Shown here piece by piece: positions 27,301-42,603 of a DNA stretch of 64,000 bases (position 1 is the stretch's first letter; each line of letters starts with the position of its first letter). The position numbers and the translations under genes were made by a program. Source of the DNA: Eledone cirrhosa (taxonomy: Eukaryota); NCBI GenBank assembly GCA_964016885.1, contig OZ024742.1, positions 168,392,001 through 168,456,000 on the forward strand. Reading direction: 5' to 3'. The notes under the pieces were generated by a model that searched no databases, was not told where the DNA came from, and saw only the letters and a program-made list of their open reading frames with translations.

Positions 27301-30300
27301 ATTTAAAAAACCCATTAAAAAAATCCATTTAAAAAACCCATTAAAAAAAGCCATTAAAAAATCCATTTAAAAAATCCATTAAAAAAAATCCATTTAAAAC
27401 AACCCATTAAAAAAAATCCATTAAAAAAAACCCATTAAAAAAAATCCATTAAAAAAATCCATTTAAAAAATCCATTAAAAAAAATCCATTAAAAAAAATC
27501 CATAAAAAAATCCATTAAAAAAATCCATTAAAAATCCATTAAAAAAAATCCATTTAAAAAAGCCATTAATAAATCCATTAAAAATCCATTAAAAATCCAT
27601 TTAAAAAACCCATTAAAAAATCCATTAAAAAAATCCATTTAAAAAATCCATTAAAAAAAATCCATTTAAAAAAACCCATTAAAAAAATCCATTAAAAAAA
27701 TCCATTTAAAAAATCCATTAAAAAAAATCCATTAAAAAAATCCATTAAAAAAATCCATAAAAAAAATCCATTAAAAAAAATCCATTAAAAAAAAATCCGT
27801 TAAAAAAAATCCATTAAAAACTCAATCAAAAACCCAATTAAAAGGCCATAAAAGAAACATTAAAACAGCATTTAAAATACCATTAAAAACGCCATAAAAA
27901 ATCATTAAAATTGTTTTTTATGAAATTTATAATATGGCTTTTAATGAATTTTTTAATGGGCTTTTAGAATCATTAAAATCCCATTAAAAATACATTAAAG
28001 GCCCATTAAAAACGCCATAAAAAATCCATTAAAAAAATCCATTAAAAAAAAACTCAATCAAAAACACATAAAAGAAACATTAAAACAGCATTTAAAAAAT
28101 CCATTAAAAATCCATTAAAAAAAAATCCATTAAAAAAATCCATTAAAAATCCATTAAAAAAATCCATTTAAAAAAATCCATTAAAAAATCCATTAAAAAC
28201 CCATTAAAAATCCATTAAAAATCCATTAAAAATCCATTAAAAAATCCATTTAAAAAACCCATTAAAAAAATCCATTAAAAAATCCATTTAAAAATCCATT
28301 AAAAAAAATCCATTTAAAAAAACCCATTAAAAAAAATCCATTAAAAAAATCCATTTAAAAAATCCATAAAAAAAAATCCATAAAAAAAATCCATTAAAAA
28401 AAATCCATTAAAAAAAAAATCCGTTAAAAAAAATCCATTAAAAATCCATTAAAAATCCATTAAAAATCCATTAAAAATCCATTAAAAATCCATTAAAAAT
28501 CCATTAAAAATCCATTTAAAAAAATCCATTAAAAAAATCCATTAAAAAAATACATTTAAAAAATCCATTAAAAAAAATCCATTAAAAAAAAATCCATTAA
28601 AAAAAATCCATTAAAAAAAATCAATTTAAAAAAATCCATTAAAAATCCATTAAAAAAATCCATTTAAAAAAATCCATTAAAAACCCATTAAAAATCCATT
28701 AAAAATCTATTAAAAAATCCATTTAAAAAAACCATTAAAAAAAATCCAATAAAAAAATCCATTTAAAAAATCCATTAAAAAAAAATCCATTAAAAAAATC
28801 CATTTAAAAAATCCATTAAAAAAAATCCATTAAAAAAAACTCAATCAAAAACCCATAAAAGAAACATTAAAACAGCATTTAAAAAATCCATTAAAAATCC
28901 ATTAAAAGAATCCATTTAAAAAATCCATTAAAAAATCCATTAAAAATCCATTAAAAATCCATTAAAAAATCCATTTAAAAAAATCCATTAAAAAAATCCT
29001 TTAAAAAATCCATTTAAAAATCCATTTAAAAAATCCATTAAAAAAAATCCATTAAAAAAAACCATTAAAAAATCCATTAAAAAAAATCCCATTAAAAATA
29101 CATTAAAAATCCATTAAAAATCCATTAAAAAATCCATTAAAAATCCATTAAAAATCCATTAAAAATCCATTAAAAAATCCATTAAAAAAAATCCATTAAA
29201 AAAATCCATTAAAAAATCCATTTAAAAAATCCATTTAAAAAAATCCATTAAAAAAAATCCATTAAAAAAAATCCATTAAAAAAAATCCATTAAAAAAAAA
29301 ATCCGTTAAAAAAAATCCATTAAAAACTCAATCAAACACCCAATTAAAAGGCCATAAAAGAAACATTAAAACAGCATTTAAAATACCATTAAAAACGCCA
29401 TAAAAAATCATTAAAATTGTTTTTTATGAAATTTATAATATGGCTTTTAATGAACTTTTTAATGGGCTTTTAGAATCATTAAAATCCCATTAAAAATACA
29501 TTAAAGGCCCATTAAAAACGCCATAAAAAATCCATTAAAAAATATCCATTAAAAAAAAATTCAATCAAAAACCCATAAAAGAAACATTAAAACAGCATTT
29601 AAAAAACCCATTAAAAATTCATTAAAAAAATCCATTTAAAAAATCCATTAAAAATCCATTAAAAATCCATTAAAAATCCATTAAAAATCCATTAAAAATC
29701 CATTAAAAATAATCCATTAAAAAAAAATTCAATCAAAAACCCATAAAAGAAACATTAAAACAGCATTTAAAAAATCCATTAAAAAAATCCATTTAAAAAA
29801 ATCCATTAAAAAAGCCATTAAAAATCCATTAAAAATCCATTAAAAAAATCCATTAAAAAAAAATCCATTAAAAAAAATCCATTAAAAATCCATTAAAAAA
29901 TCCATTTAAAAAAATCCATTAAAAATCCATTAAAAACCCATTAAAAATCCATTAAAAATCCATTAAAAATCCATTAAAAAATCCATTTAAAAAACCCATT
30001 AAAAAAATCCATTAAAAAATCCATTTAAAAATCCAGTAAAAAAAATCCATTTAAAAAAACCCATTAAAAAAAATCCATTAAAAAAATCCATTTAAAAAAT
30101 CCATAAAAAAAAATCCATAAAAAAAATCCATTAAAAAAAATCCATTAAAAAAAAAATCCGTTAAAAAAAATCCATTAAAAATCCATTAAAAATCCATTAA
30201 AAATCCATTAAAAATCCATTAAAAATCCATTTAAAAAAATCCATTAAAAAAATCCATTAAAAAAATCCATTTAAAAAATCCATTAAAAAAAATCCATTAA

Positions 30301-33300
30301 AAAAAAATCCATTAAAAAAAATCCATTAAAAAAAATCAATTTAAAAAAATCCATTAAAAATCCATTAAAAAAATCCATTTAAAAAAATCCATTAAAAACC
30401 CATTAAAAATCCATTAAAAATCCATTAAAAAATCCATTTAAAAAAACCATTAAAAAAAATCCATTAAAAAAATCCATTTAAAAAATCCATTAAAAAAAAA
30501 TCCATTAAAAAAAACCCATAAAAAAAAATCCATTAAAAAAATCCATTTAAAAAATCCATTAAAAAAAATCCATTAAAAAAAACTCAATCAAAAACCCATA
30601 AAAGAAACATTAAAACAGCATTTAAAAAATCCATTAAAAATCCATTAAAAAAATCCATTTAAAAAATCCATTAAAAAATCCATTAAAAATCCATTAAAAA
30701 TCCATTAAAAAATCCATTTAAAAAAATCCATTGAAAAAATCCATTTAAAAAATCCATTAAAAAATCCATTTAAAAAATCCATTAAAAAAAATCCATTAAA
30801 AAAAACCATTAAAAAATCCATTAAAAAAAATCCCATTAAAAATACATTAAAGGCCCATTAAAAACGCCATAAAAAATCCATTAAAAAAATCCATTAAAAA
30901 AAAACTCAATCAAAAACCCATAAAAGAAACATTAAAACAGCATTTAAAAAATCCATTAAAAAAATCCATTTAAAAAAATCCATTAAAAAATCCATTAAAA
31001 ATCCATTAAAAATCCATTAAAAATCCATTAAAAATCCATTAAAAAATCCATTAAAAATCCATTAAAAATCCATTAAAAATCCATTAAAAAATCCATTAAA
31101 AAAAATCCATTAAAAAAATCCATTAAAAAATCCATTTAAAAAATCCATTTAAAAAAATCCATTAAAAAAAATCCATTAAAAAAAAATCCATTAAAAAAAA
31201 TCCATTAAAAAAAAAATCCGTTAAAAAAAATCCATTAAAAACTCAATCAAACACCCAATTAAAAGGCCATAAAAGAAACATTAAAACAGCATTTAAAATA
31301 CCATTAAAAACGCCATAAAAAATCATTAAAATTGTTTTTTATGAAATTTATAATATGGCTTTTAATGAACTTTTTAATGGGCTTTTAGAATCATTAAAAT
31401 CCCATTAAAAATACATTAAAGGCCATAAAAAATCCATTAAAAAAAATCCATTAAAAAAATCCATTTAAAAAATCCATTAAAAAAAATCCATTAAAAAAAA
31501 CTCAATCAAAAACCCATAAAAGAAACATTAAAACAGCATTTAAAAAATCCATTAAAAATCCATTAAAAAAATCCATTTAAAAAATCCATTAAAAAATCCA
31601 TTAAAAATCCATTAAAAATCCATTAAAAAATCCATTTAAAAAAATCCATTGAAAAAATCCATTTAAAAAATCCATTAAAAAATCCATTTAAAAAATCCAT
31701 TAAAAAAAATCCATTAAAAAAAACCATTAAAAAATCCATTAAAAAAAATCCCATTAAAAATACATTAAAGGCCCATTAAAAACGCCATAAAAAATCCATT
31801 AAAAAAATCCATTAAAAAAAAACTCAATCAAAAACCCATAAAAGAAACATTAAAACAGCATTTAAAAAATCCATTAAAAAAATCCATTTAAAAAAATCCA
31901 TTAAAAAATCCATTAATAATCCATTAAAAATCCATTAAAAATCCATTAAAAATCCATTAAAAAATCCATTAAAAATCCATTAAAAATCCATTAAAAATCC
32001 ATTAAAAAATCCATTTAAAAAAATCCATTAAAAAAATCCATTAAAAAATCCATTTAAAAAATCCATTTAAAAAAATCCATTAAAAAAAATCCATTAAAAA
32101 AAAATCCATTAAAAAAAATCCATTAAAAAAAAAATCCGTTAAAAAAAATCCATTAAAAACTCAATCAAACACCCAATTAAAAGGCCATAAAAGAAACATT
32201 AAAACAGCATTTAAAATACCATTAAAAACGCCATAAAAAATCATTAAAATTGTTTTTTATGAAATTTATAATATGGCTTTTAATGAACTTTTTAATGGGC
32301 TTTTAGAATCATTAAAATCCCATTAAAAATACATTAAAGGCCATAAAAAATCCATTAAAAAAAATCCATTAAAAAAAAATTCAATCAAAAACCCATAAAA
32401 GAAACATTAAAACAGCATTTAAAAAACCCATTAAAAATTCATTAAAAAAATCCATTTAAAAAATCCATTAAAAATCCATTAAAAATCCATTAAAAATCCA
32501 TTAAAAATCCATTAAAAATAATCCATTAAAAAAAAATTCAATCAAAAACCCATAAAAGAAACATTAAAACAGCATTTAAAAAATCCATTAAAAAAAATCC
32601 ATTTAAAAAAATCCATTAAAAAAGCCATTAAAAATCCATTAAAAATCCATTAAAAAAAAATCCATTAAAAAAATCCATTAAAAATCCATTAAAAAAATCC
32701 ATTTAAAAAAATCCATTAAAAAATCCATTAAAAATCCATTAAAAATCCATTAAAAAATCCATTTAAAAAACCCATTAAAAAAATCCATTTAAAAAATCCA
32801 TTTAAAAAATCCATTAAAAAAAATCCATTTAAAAAAACCCATTAAAAAAAATCCATTAAGAAAATCCATTTAAAAAATCCATTAAAAAAAATCCATTAAA
32901 AAAAATCCATTAAAAAAAATCCATTAAAAAAAAATCCGTTAAAAAAAATCCATTAAAAAAAAATCCGTTAAAAAAATCCATTAAAAGCTCAATCCCATTA
33001 AAAACGCCATAAAAATCATTAAAATCCAATTAAAGATACATTAAAGGCCCATTAAAAACGCCATAAAAAATCCATTAAAAAAATCCATTAAAAAAACTCA
33101 ATCAAAAACCCATAAAAGAAACATTAAAACAGCATTTAAAAAATCCATTAAAAATCCATTAAAAAAATCCATTTAATAAAATCCATTAAAAAATCCATTA
33201 AAAATCCATTAAAAATCCATTAAAAATCCATTAAAAATCCATTAAAAATCCATTAAAAAACCCATTTAAAAAAATCCATTAAAAAAATCCATTAAAAAAA

Positions 33301-36300
33301 TCCATTAAAAAAAGCCATTAAAAAAATCCATTTAAAAAAAGCCATTAAAAAAATCCATTAAAAAAAAATCCATTAAAAATCCATTAAAAAAATCCATTTA
33401 AAAAAATCCATTAAAAACCCATTAAAAATCCATTAAAAAATCCATTAAAAAACCCATTAAAAAAAATCCATTAGAAAAATCCATTTAAAAAATCCATTAA
33501 AAAAAAATCCATTTAAAAAACCCATTAAAAAAAATCCATTAAAAAAATCCATTTAAAAAATCCATTAAAAAAATCCATTAAAAAAATCCATTTAAAAAAT
33601 CCATAAAAAAAACCCATTAAAAAAAATCCATTAAAAAAAAATCCATTAAAAAAAATCCATTAAAAAAAATCCATTAAAAATCCATTAAAAAAAATCCATT
33701 TAAAAAAAATTCATTAAAAAATCCATTAAAAATCCATTAAAAATCCATTTAAAAAAATCCATTTAAAAAATCCATTTAAAAAACCCATTACAAAAAATAC
33801 ATTAAAAAAAATCCATAAAAAAAAAAGCCATTAAAAAAAATCCATTAAAAAAAATCTATTAAAAATCCATTAAAAATCCATTAAAAATCCATTAAAAATC
33901 CATTAAAAATCCATTAAAAATCCATTAAAAAGCCATTAAAAATCCATTAAAATCCATTAAAAATCCATTAAAAATCCATTAAAAATCCATTAAAAATCCA
34001 TTAAAAAATCCATTTAAAAAAATCCATTAAAAAATCCATTAAAAAATCCATTTAAAAAATCCATTAAAAAAATCCATTAAAAAAAAATCCATTAAAAAAA
34101 AAATCCATTAAAAAAAATCAATTTAAAAAAATCCATTAAAAATACATTAAAAAAATCCATTTAAAAAAATCCATTAAAAACCCATTAAAAACCCATTAAA
34201 AATCCATTAAAAATCCATTTAAAAAACCCATTAAAAAAAGCCATTAAAAAATCCATTTAAAAAATCCATTAAAAAAAATCCATTTAAAACAACCCATTAA
34301 AAAAAATCCATTAAAAAAACCCATTAAAAAAACCATTAAAAAAATCCATTTAAAAAATCCATTAAAAAAAATCCATTAAAAAAAATCCATAAAAAAATCC
34401 ATTAAAAAAATCCATTAAAAATCCATTAAAAAAAATCCATTTAAAAAAGCCATTAAAAAATCCATTAAAAATCCATTAAAAATCCATTAAAAAATCCATT
34501 TAAAAAAACCATTAAAAAAAATCCATTAAAAAAATCCATTTAAAAAATCCATTAAAAAAAAATCCATTAAAAAAATCCATTTAAAAAATCCATTAAAAAA
34601 AATCCATTAAAAAAAACTCAATCAAAAACCCATAAAAGAAACATTAAAACAGCATTTAAAAAATCCATTAAAAATCCATTAAAAGAATCCATTTAAAAAA
34701 TCCATTAAAAAATCCATTAAAAATCCATTAAAAATCCATTAAAAAATCCATTTAAAAAAATCCATTAAAAAAATCCTTTAAAAAATCCATTAAAAAATCC
34801 ATTTAAAAAATCCATTAAAAAAAATCCATTAAAAAAAACCATTAAAAAATCCATTAAAAAAAATCCCATTAAAAATACATTAAAAATCCATTAAAAATCC
34901 ATTAAAAAATCCATTAAAAATCCATTAAAAATCCATTAAAAATCCATTAAAAAATCCATTAAAAAAAATCCATTAAAAAAATCCATTAAAAAATCCATTT
35001 AAAAAATCCATTTAAAAAAATCCATTAAAAAAAATCCATTAAAAAAAATCCATTAAAAAAAATCCATTAAAAAAAAAATCCGTTAAAAAAAATCCATTAA
35101 AAACTCAATCAAACACCCAATTAAAAGGCCATAAAAGAAACATTAAAACAGCATTTAAAATACCATTAAAAACGCCATAAAAAATCATTAAAATTGTTTT
35201 TTATGAAATTTATAATATGGCTTTTAATGAACTTTTTAATGGGCTTTTAGAATCATTAAAATCCCATTAAAAATACATTAAAGGCCCATTAAAAACGCCA
35301 TAAAAAATCCATTAAAAAAAATCCATTAAAAAAAAATTCAATCAAAAACCCATAAAAGAAACATTAAAACAGCATTTAAAAAACCCATTAAAAATTCATT
35401 AAAAAAATCCATTTAAAAAATCCATTAAAAATCCATTAAAAATCCATTAAAAATCCATTAAAAAAATCCATTAAAAAAAATCCATTAAAAAATCCATTAA
35501 AAATCCATTAAAAATCCATTAAAAAATCCATTTAAAAAACCCATTAAAAAAATCCATTTAAAAAATCCATTTAAAAAATCCATTAAAAAAAATCCATTTA
35601 AAAAAACCCATTAAAAAAAATCCATTAAGAAAATCCATTTAAAAAATCCATTAAAAAAAATCCATTAAAAAAAATCCATAAAAAAAAATCCATTAAAAAA
35701 AATCCATTAAAAAAAAATCCGTTAAAAAAAATCCATTAAAAAAAAATCCGTTCAAAAAATCCATTAAAAGCTCAATCCCATTAAAAACGCCATAAAAATC
35801 ATTAAAATCCAATTAAAGATACATTAAAGGCCCATTAAAAACGCCATAAAAAATCCATTAAAAAAATCCATTAAAAAAACTCAATCAAAAACCCATAAAA
35901 GAAACATTAAAACAGCATTTAAAAAATCCATTAAAAATCCATTAAAAAAATCCATTTAATAAAATCCATTAAAAAATCCATTAAAAATCCATTAAAAATC
36001 CATTAAAAATCCATTAAAAATCCATTAAAAATCCATTAAAAAATCCATTTAAAAAAATCCATTAAAAAAATCCATTAAAAAAATCCATTAAAAAAAGCCA
36101 TTAAAAAAATCCATTTAAAAAAAGCCATTAAAAAAATCCATTAAAAAAAAATCCATTAAAAATCCATTAAAAAAATCCATTTAAAAAAATCCATTAAAAA
36201 CCCATTAAAAATCCATTAAAAAATCCATTAAAAAACCCATTAAAAAAAATCCATTAGAAATATCCATTTAAAAAATCCATTAAAAAAAAATCCATTTAAA

Positions 36301-39300
36301 AAACCCATTAAAAAAAATCCATTTAAAAAATCCATTTAAAAAATCCATTTAAAAAATCCATTAAAAAAATCCATTTAAAAAATCCATAAAAAAAAACCAT
36401 TAAAAAAAATCCATTAAAAAAAAATCCATTAAAAAAAATCCATTAAAAAAAATCCATTAAAAATCCATTAAAAAAATCCATTTAAAAAAATCCATTAAAA
36501 ATCCATTAAAAACCCATTAAAAATCCATTAAAAATCCATTAAAAATCCATTAAAAAATCCATTTAAAAAACCCATTAAAAAAATCCATTAAAAAATCCAT
36601 TTAAAAATCCAGTAAAAAAAATCCATTTAAAAAAACCCATTAAAAAAAATCCATTAAAAAAATCCATTTAAAAAATCCATAAAAAAAAATCCATAAAAAA
36701 AATCCATTAAAAAAAATCCATTAAAAAAAAAATCCGTTAAAAAAAATCCATTAAAAATCCATTAAAAATCCATTAAAAATCCATTAAAAATCCATTAAAA
36801 ATCCATTTAAAAAAATCCATTAAAAAAATCCATTAAAAAAATCCATTTAAAAAATCCATTAAAAAAAATCCATTAAAAAAAAATCCATTAAAAAAAATCC
36901 ATTAAAAAAAATCAATTTAAAAAAATCCATTAAAAATCCATTAAAAAAATCCATTTAAAAAAATCCATTAAAAACCCATTAAAAATCCATTAAAAATCCA
37001 TTAAAAAATCCATTTAAAAAAACCATTAAAAAAAATCCATTAAAAAAATCCATTTAAAAAATCCATTAAAAAAAAATCCATTAAAAAAAACCCATAAAAA
37101 AAAATCCATTAAAAAAATCCATTTAAAAAATCCATTAAAAAAAATCCATTAAAAAAAACTCAATCAAAAACCCATAAAAGAAACATTAAAACAGCATTTA
37201 AAAAATCCATTAAAAATCCATTAAAAAAATCCATTTAAAAAATCCATTAAAAAATCCATTAAAAATCCATTAAAAATCCATTAAAAAATCCATTTAAAAA
37301 AATCCATTGAAAAAATCCATTTAAAAAATCCATTAAAAAATCCATTTAAAAAATCCATTAAAAAAAATCCATTAAAAAAAACCATTAAAAAATCCATTAA
37401 AAAAAATCCCATTAAAAATACATTAAAGGCCCATTAAAAACGCCATAAAAAATCCATTAAAAAAATCCATTAAAAAAAAACTCAATCAAAAACCCATAAA
37501 AGAAACATTAAAACAGCATTTAAAAAATCCATTAAAAAAATCCATTTAAAAAAATCCATTAAAAAATCCATTAAAAATCCATTAAAAATCCATTAAAAAT
37601 CCATTAAAAATCCATTAAAAAATCCATTAAAAATCCATTAAAAATCCATTAAAAATCCATTAAAAAATCCATTTAAAAAAATCCATTAAAAAAATCCATT
37701 AAAAAATCCATTTAAAAAATCCATTTAAAAAAATCCATTAAAAAAAATCCATTAAAAAAAAATCCATTAAAAAAAATCCATTAAAAAAAAAATCCGTTAA
37801 AAAAAATCCATTAAAAACTCAATCAAACACCCAATTAAAAGGCCATAAAAGAAACATTAAAACAGCATTTAAAATACCATTAAAAACGCCATAAAAAATC
37901 ATTAAAATTGTTTTTTATGAAATTTATAATATGGCTTTTAATGAACTTTTTAATGGGCTTTTAGAATCATTAAAATCCCATTAAAAATACATTAAAGGCC
38001 ATAAAAAATCCATTAAAAAAAATCCATTAAAAAAATCCATTTAAAAAATCCATTAAAAAAAATCCATTAAAAAAAACTCAATCAAAAACCCATAAAAGAA
38101 ACATTAAAACAGCATTTAAAAAATCCATTAAAAATCCATTAAAAAAATCCATTTAAAAAATCCATTAAAAAATCCATTAAAAATCCATTAAAAATCCATT
38201 AAAAAATCCATTAAAAAAAATCCATTAAAAAAATCCATTTAAAAAATCCATTAAAAAAAATCCATTAAAAAAAACTCAATCAAAAACCCATAAAAGAAAC
38301 ATTAAAACAGCATTTAAAAAATCCATTAAAAATCCATTAAAAAAATCCATTTAAAAAATCCATTAAAAAATCCATTAAAAATCCATTAAAAATCCATTAA
38401 AAAATCCATTAAAAAATCCATTTAAAAAATCCATTTAAAAAAATCCATTAAAAAAAATCCATTAAAAAAAAATCCATTAAAAAAAATCCATTAAAAAAAA
38501 AATCCGTTAAAAAAAATCCATTAAAAACTCAATCAAACACCCAATTAAAAGGCCATAAAAGAAACATTAAAACAGCATTTAAAATACCATTAAAAACGCC
38601 ATAAAAAATCATTAAAATTGTTTTTTATGAAATTTATAATATGGCTTTTAATGAACTTTTTAATGGGCTTTTAGAATCATTAAAATCCCATTAAAAATAC
38701 ATTAAAGGCCATAAAAAATCCATTAAAAAAAATCCATTAAAAAAAAATTCAATCAAAAACCCATAAAAGAAACATTAAAACAGCATTTAAAAAACCCATT
38801 AAAAATTCATTAAAAAAATCCATTTAAAAAATCCATTAAAAATCCATTAAAAATCCATTAAAAATCCATTAAAAATCCATTAAAAATAATCCATTAAAAA
38901 AAAATTCAATCAAAAACCCATAAAAGAAACATTAAAACAGCATTTAAAAAATCCATTAAAAAAAATCCATTTAAAAAAATCCATTAAAAAAGCCATTAAA
39001 AATCCATTAAAAATCCATTAAAAAAAAATCCATTAAAAAAATCCATTAAAAATCCATTAAAAAAATCCATTTAAAAAAATCCATTAAAAAATCCATTAAA
39101 AATCCATTAAAAATCCATTAAAAAATCCATTTAAAAAACCCATTAAAAAAATCCATTTAAAAAATCCATTTAAAAAATCCATTAAAAAAAATCCATTTAA
39201 AAAAACCCATTAAAAAAAATCCATTAAGAAAATCCATTTAAAAAATCCATTAAAAAAAATCCATTAAAAAAAATCCATTAAAAAAAATCCATTAAAAAAA

Positions 39301-42300
39301 AATCCGTTAAAAAAAATCCATTAAAAAAAAATCCGTTAAAAAAATCCATTAAAAGCTCAATCCCATTAAAAACGCCATAAAAATCATTAAAATCCAATTA
39401 AAGATACATTAAAGGCCCATTAAAAACGCCATAAAAAATCCATTAAAAAAATCCATTAAAAAAACTCAATCAAAAACCCATAAAAGAAACATTAAAACAG
39501 CATTTAAAAAATCCATTAAAAATCCATTAAAAAAATCCATTTAATAAAATCCATTAAAAAATCCATTAAAAATCCATTAAAAATCCATTAAAAATCCATT
39601 AAAAATCCATTAAAAATCCATTAAAAAACCCATTTAAAAAAATCCATTAAAAAAATCCATTAAAAAAATCCATTAAAAAAAGCCATTAAAAAAATCCATT
39701 TAAAAAAAGCCATTAAAAAAATCCATTAAAAAAAAATCCATTAAAAATCCATTAAAAAAATCCATTTAAAAAAATCCATTAAAAACCCATTAAAAATCCA
39801 TTAAAAAATCCATTAAAAAACCCATTAAAAAAAATCCATTAGAAAAATCCATTTAAAAAATCCATTAAAAAAAAATCCATTTAAAAAACCCATTAAAAAA
39901 AATCCATTAAAAAAATCCATTTAAAAAATCCATTAAAAAAATCCATTAAAAAAATCCATTTAAAAAATCCATAAAAAAAACCCATTAAAAAAAATCCATT
40001 AAAAAAAAATCCATTAAAAAAAATCCATTAAAAAAAATCCATTAAAAATCCATTAAAAAAAATCCATTTAAAAAAAATTCATTAAAAAATCCATTAAAAA
40101 TCCATTAAAAATCCATTTAAAAAAATCCATTTAAAAAATCCATTTAAAAAACCCATTACAAAAAATACATTAAAAAAAATCCATAAAAAAAAAAGCCATT
40201 AAAAAAAATCCATTAAAAAAAATCTATTAAAAATCCATTAAAAATCCATTAAAAATCCATTAAAAATCCATTAAAAATCCATTAAAAATCCATTAAAAAG
40301 CCATTAAAAATCCATTAAAATCCATTAAAAATCCATTAAAAATCCATTAAAAATCCATTAAAAATCCATTAAAAAATCCATTTAAAAAAATCCATTAAAA
40401 AATCCATTAAAAAATCCATTTAAAAAATCCATTAAAAAAATCCATTAAAAAAAAATCCATTAAAAAAAAAATCCATTAAAAAAAATCAATTTAAAAAAAT
40501 CCATTAAAAATACATTAAAAAAATCCATTTAAAAAAATCCATTAAAAACCCATTAAAAACCCATTAAAAATCCATTAAAAATCCATTTAAAAAACCCATT
40601 AAAAAAAATCCATTAAAAAAAATCCATTTAAAAAATCCATTAAAAAAAATCCATTAAAAAAACCCATTAAAAAAATCCATTAAAAAAATCCATTTAAAAA
40701 ATCCATTAAAAAAAATTCATTAAAAAAAAATCCATAAAAAAATCCATTAAAAAAATCCATTTAAAAAAATCCATTAAAAAAAATCCATTAAAAATCCATT
40801 AAAAAAATCCATTAAAAAAAATCCATTAAAAAATCCATTAAAAAACCCATTAAAAATCCATTAAAAATCCATTAAAAATCCATTTAAAAAACCCATTAAA
40901 AAAATCCATTTAAAAAACCCATTAAAAAAAGCCATTAAAAAATCCATTTAAAAAATCCATTAAAAAAAATCCATTTAAAACAACCCATTAAAAAAAATCC
41001 ATTAAAAAAAACCCATTAAAAAAAATCCATTAAAAAAATCCATTTAAAAAATCCATTAAAAAAAATCCATTAAAAAAAATCCATAAAAAAATCCATTAAA
41101 AAAATCCATTAAAAATCCATTAAAAAAAATCCATTTAAAAAAGCCATTAAAAAATCCATTAAAAATCCATTAAAAATCCATTTAAAAAACCCATTAAAAA
41201 ATCCATTAAAAAAATCCATTTAAAAAATCCATTAAAAAAAATCCATTTAAAAAAACCCATTTAAAAAAATCCATTAAAAAAATCCATTTAAAAAATCCAT
41301 TAAAAAAAATCCATTAAAAAAATCCATTAAAAAAATCCATTAAAAAAAATCCATTAAAAAAAAATCCGTTAAAAAAAATCCATTAAAAACTCAATCAAAA
41401 ACCCAATTAAAAGGCCATAAAAGAAACATTAAAACAGCATTTAAAATACCATTAAAAACGCCATAAAAAATCATTAAAATTGTTTTTTATGAAATTTATA
41501 ATATGGCTTTTAATGAATTTTTTAATGGGCTTTTAGAATCATTAAAATCCCATTAAAAATACATTAAAGGCCCATTAAAAACGCCATAAAAAATCCATTA
41601 AAAAAATCCATTAAAAAAAAACTCAATCAAAAACACATAAAAGAAACATTAAAACAGCATTTAAAAAATCCATTAAAAATCCATTAAAAAAAAATCCATT
41701 AAAAAAATCCATTAAAAATCCATTAAAAAAATCCATTTAAAAAAATCCATTAAAAAATCCATTAAAAACCCATTAAAAATCCATTAAAAATCCATTAAAA
41801 ATCCATTAAAAAATCCATTTAAAAAACCCATTAAAAAAATCCATTAAAAAATCCATTTAAAAATCCATTAAAAAAAATCCATTTAAAAAAACCCATTAAA
41901 AAAAATCCATTAAAAAAATCCATTTAAAAAATCCATAAAAAAAAATCCATAAAAAAAATCCATTTAAAAAATCCATTAAAAAAAATCCATTAAAAAAACC
42001 CATTAAAAAAATCCATTAAAAAAATCCATTTAAAAAATCCATTAAAAAAAATTCATTAAAAAAAAATCCATTAAAAAAATCCATTTAAAAAAATCCATTA
42101 AAAAAAATCCATTAAAAATCCATTAAAAAAATCCATTAAAAAAAATCCATTAAAAAATCCATTAAAAAACCCATTAAAAATCCATTAAAAATCCATTAAA
42201 AATCCATTAAAAATCCATTTAAAAAACCCATTAAAAAAATCCATTTAAAAAACCCATTAAAAAAAGCCATTAAAAAATCCATTTAAAAAATCCATTAAAA

Positions 42301-42603
42301 AAAATCCATTTAAAACAACCCATTAAAAAAAATCCATTAAAAAAACCCATTAAAAAAAATCCATTAAAAAAATCCATTTAAAAAATCCATTAAAAAAAAT
42401 CCATTAAAAAAAATCCATAAAAAAATCCATTAAAAAAATCCATTAAAAATCCATTAAAAAAAATCCATTTAAAAAAGCCATTAAAAAATCCATTAAAAAT
42501 CCATTAAAAATCCATTAAAAAATCCATTTAAAAAAACCATTAAAAAAAATCCATTAAAAAAATCCATTTAAAAAATCCATTAAAAAAAAATCCATTAAAA
42601 AAA
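15391..42603 (+). repeat. 27.2 kb tandem duplication, copy 1
   Basis: Cassettes and rare SNVs recur at a constant offset of 27213 (15787/43000, 17701/44914, 20483/47696, 22286/49499, 23727/50940, 25644/52857). The offset then becomes 27200 (27911/55111, 29417/56617, 31332/58532, 32250/59450, 35194/62394). The breakpoint is approximate. Confidence 0.93.
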
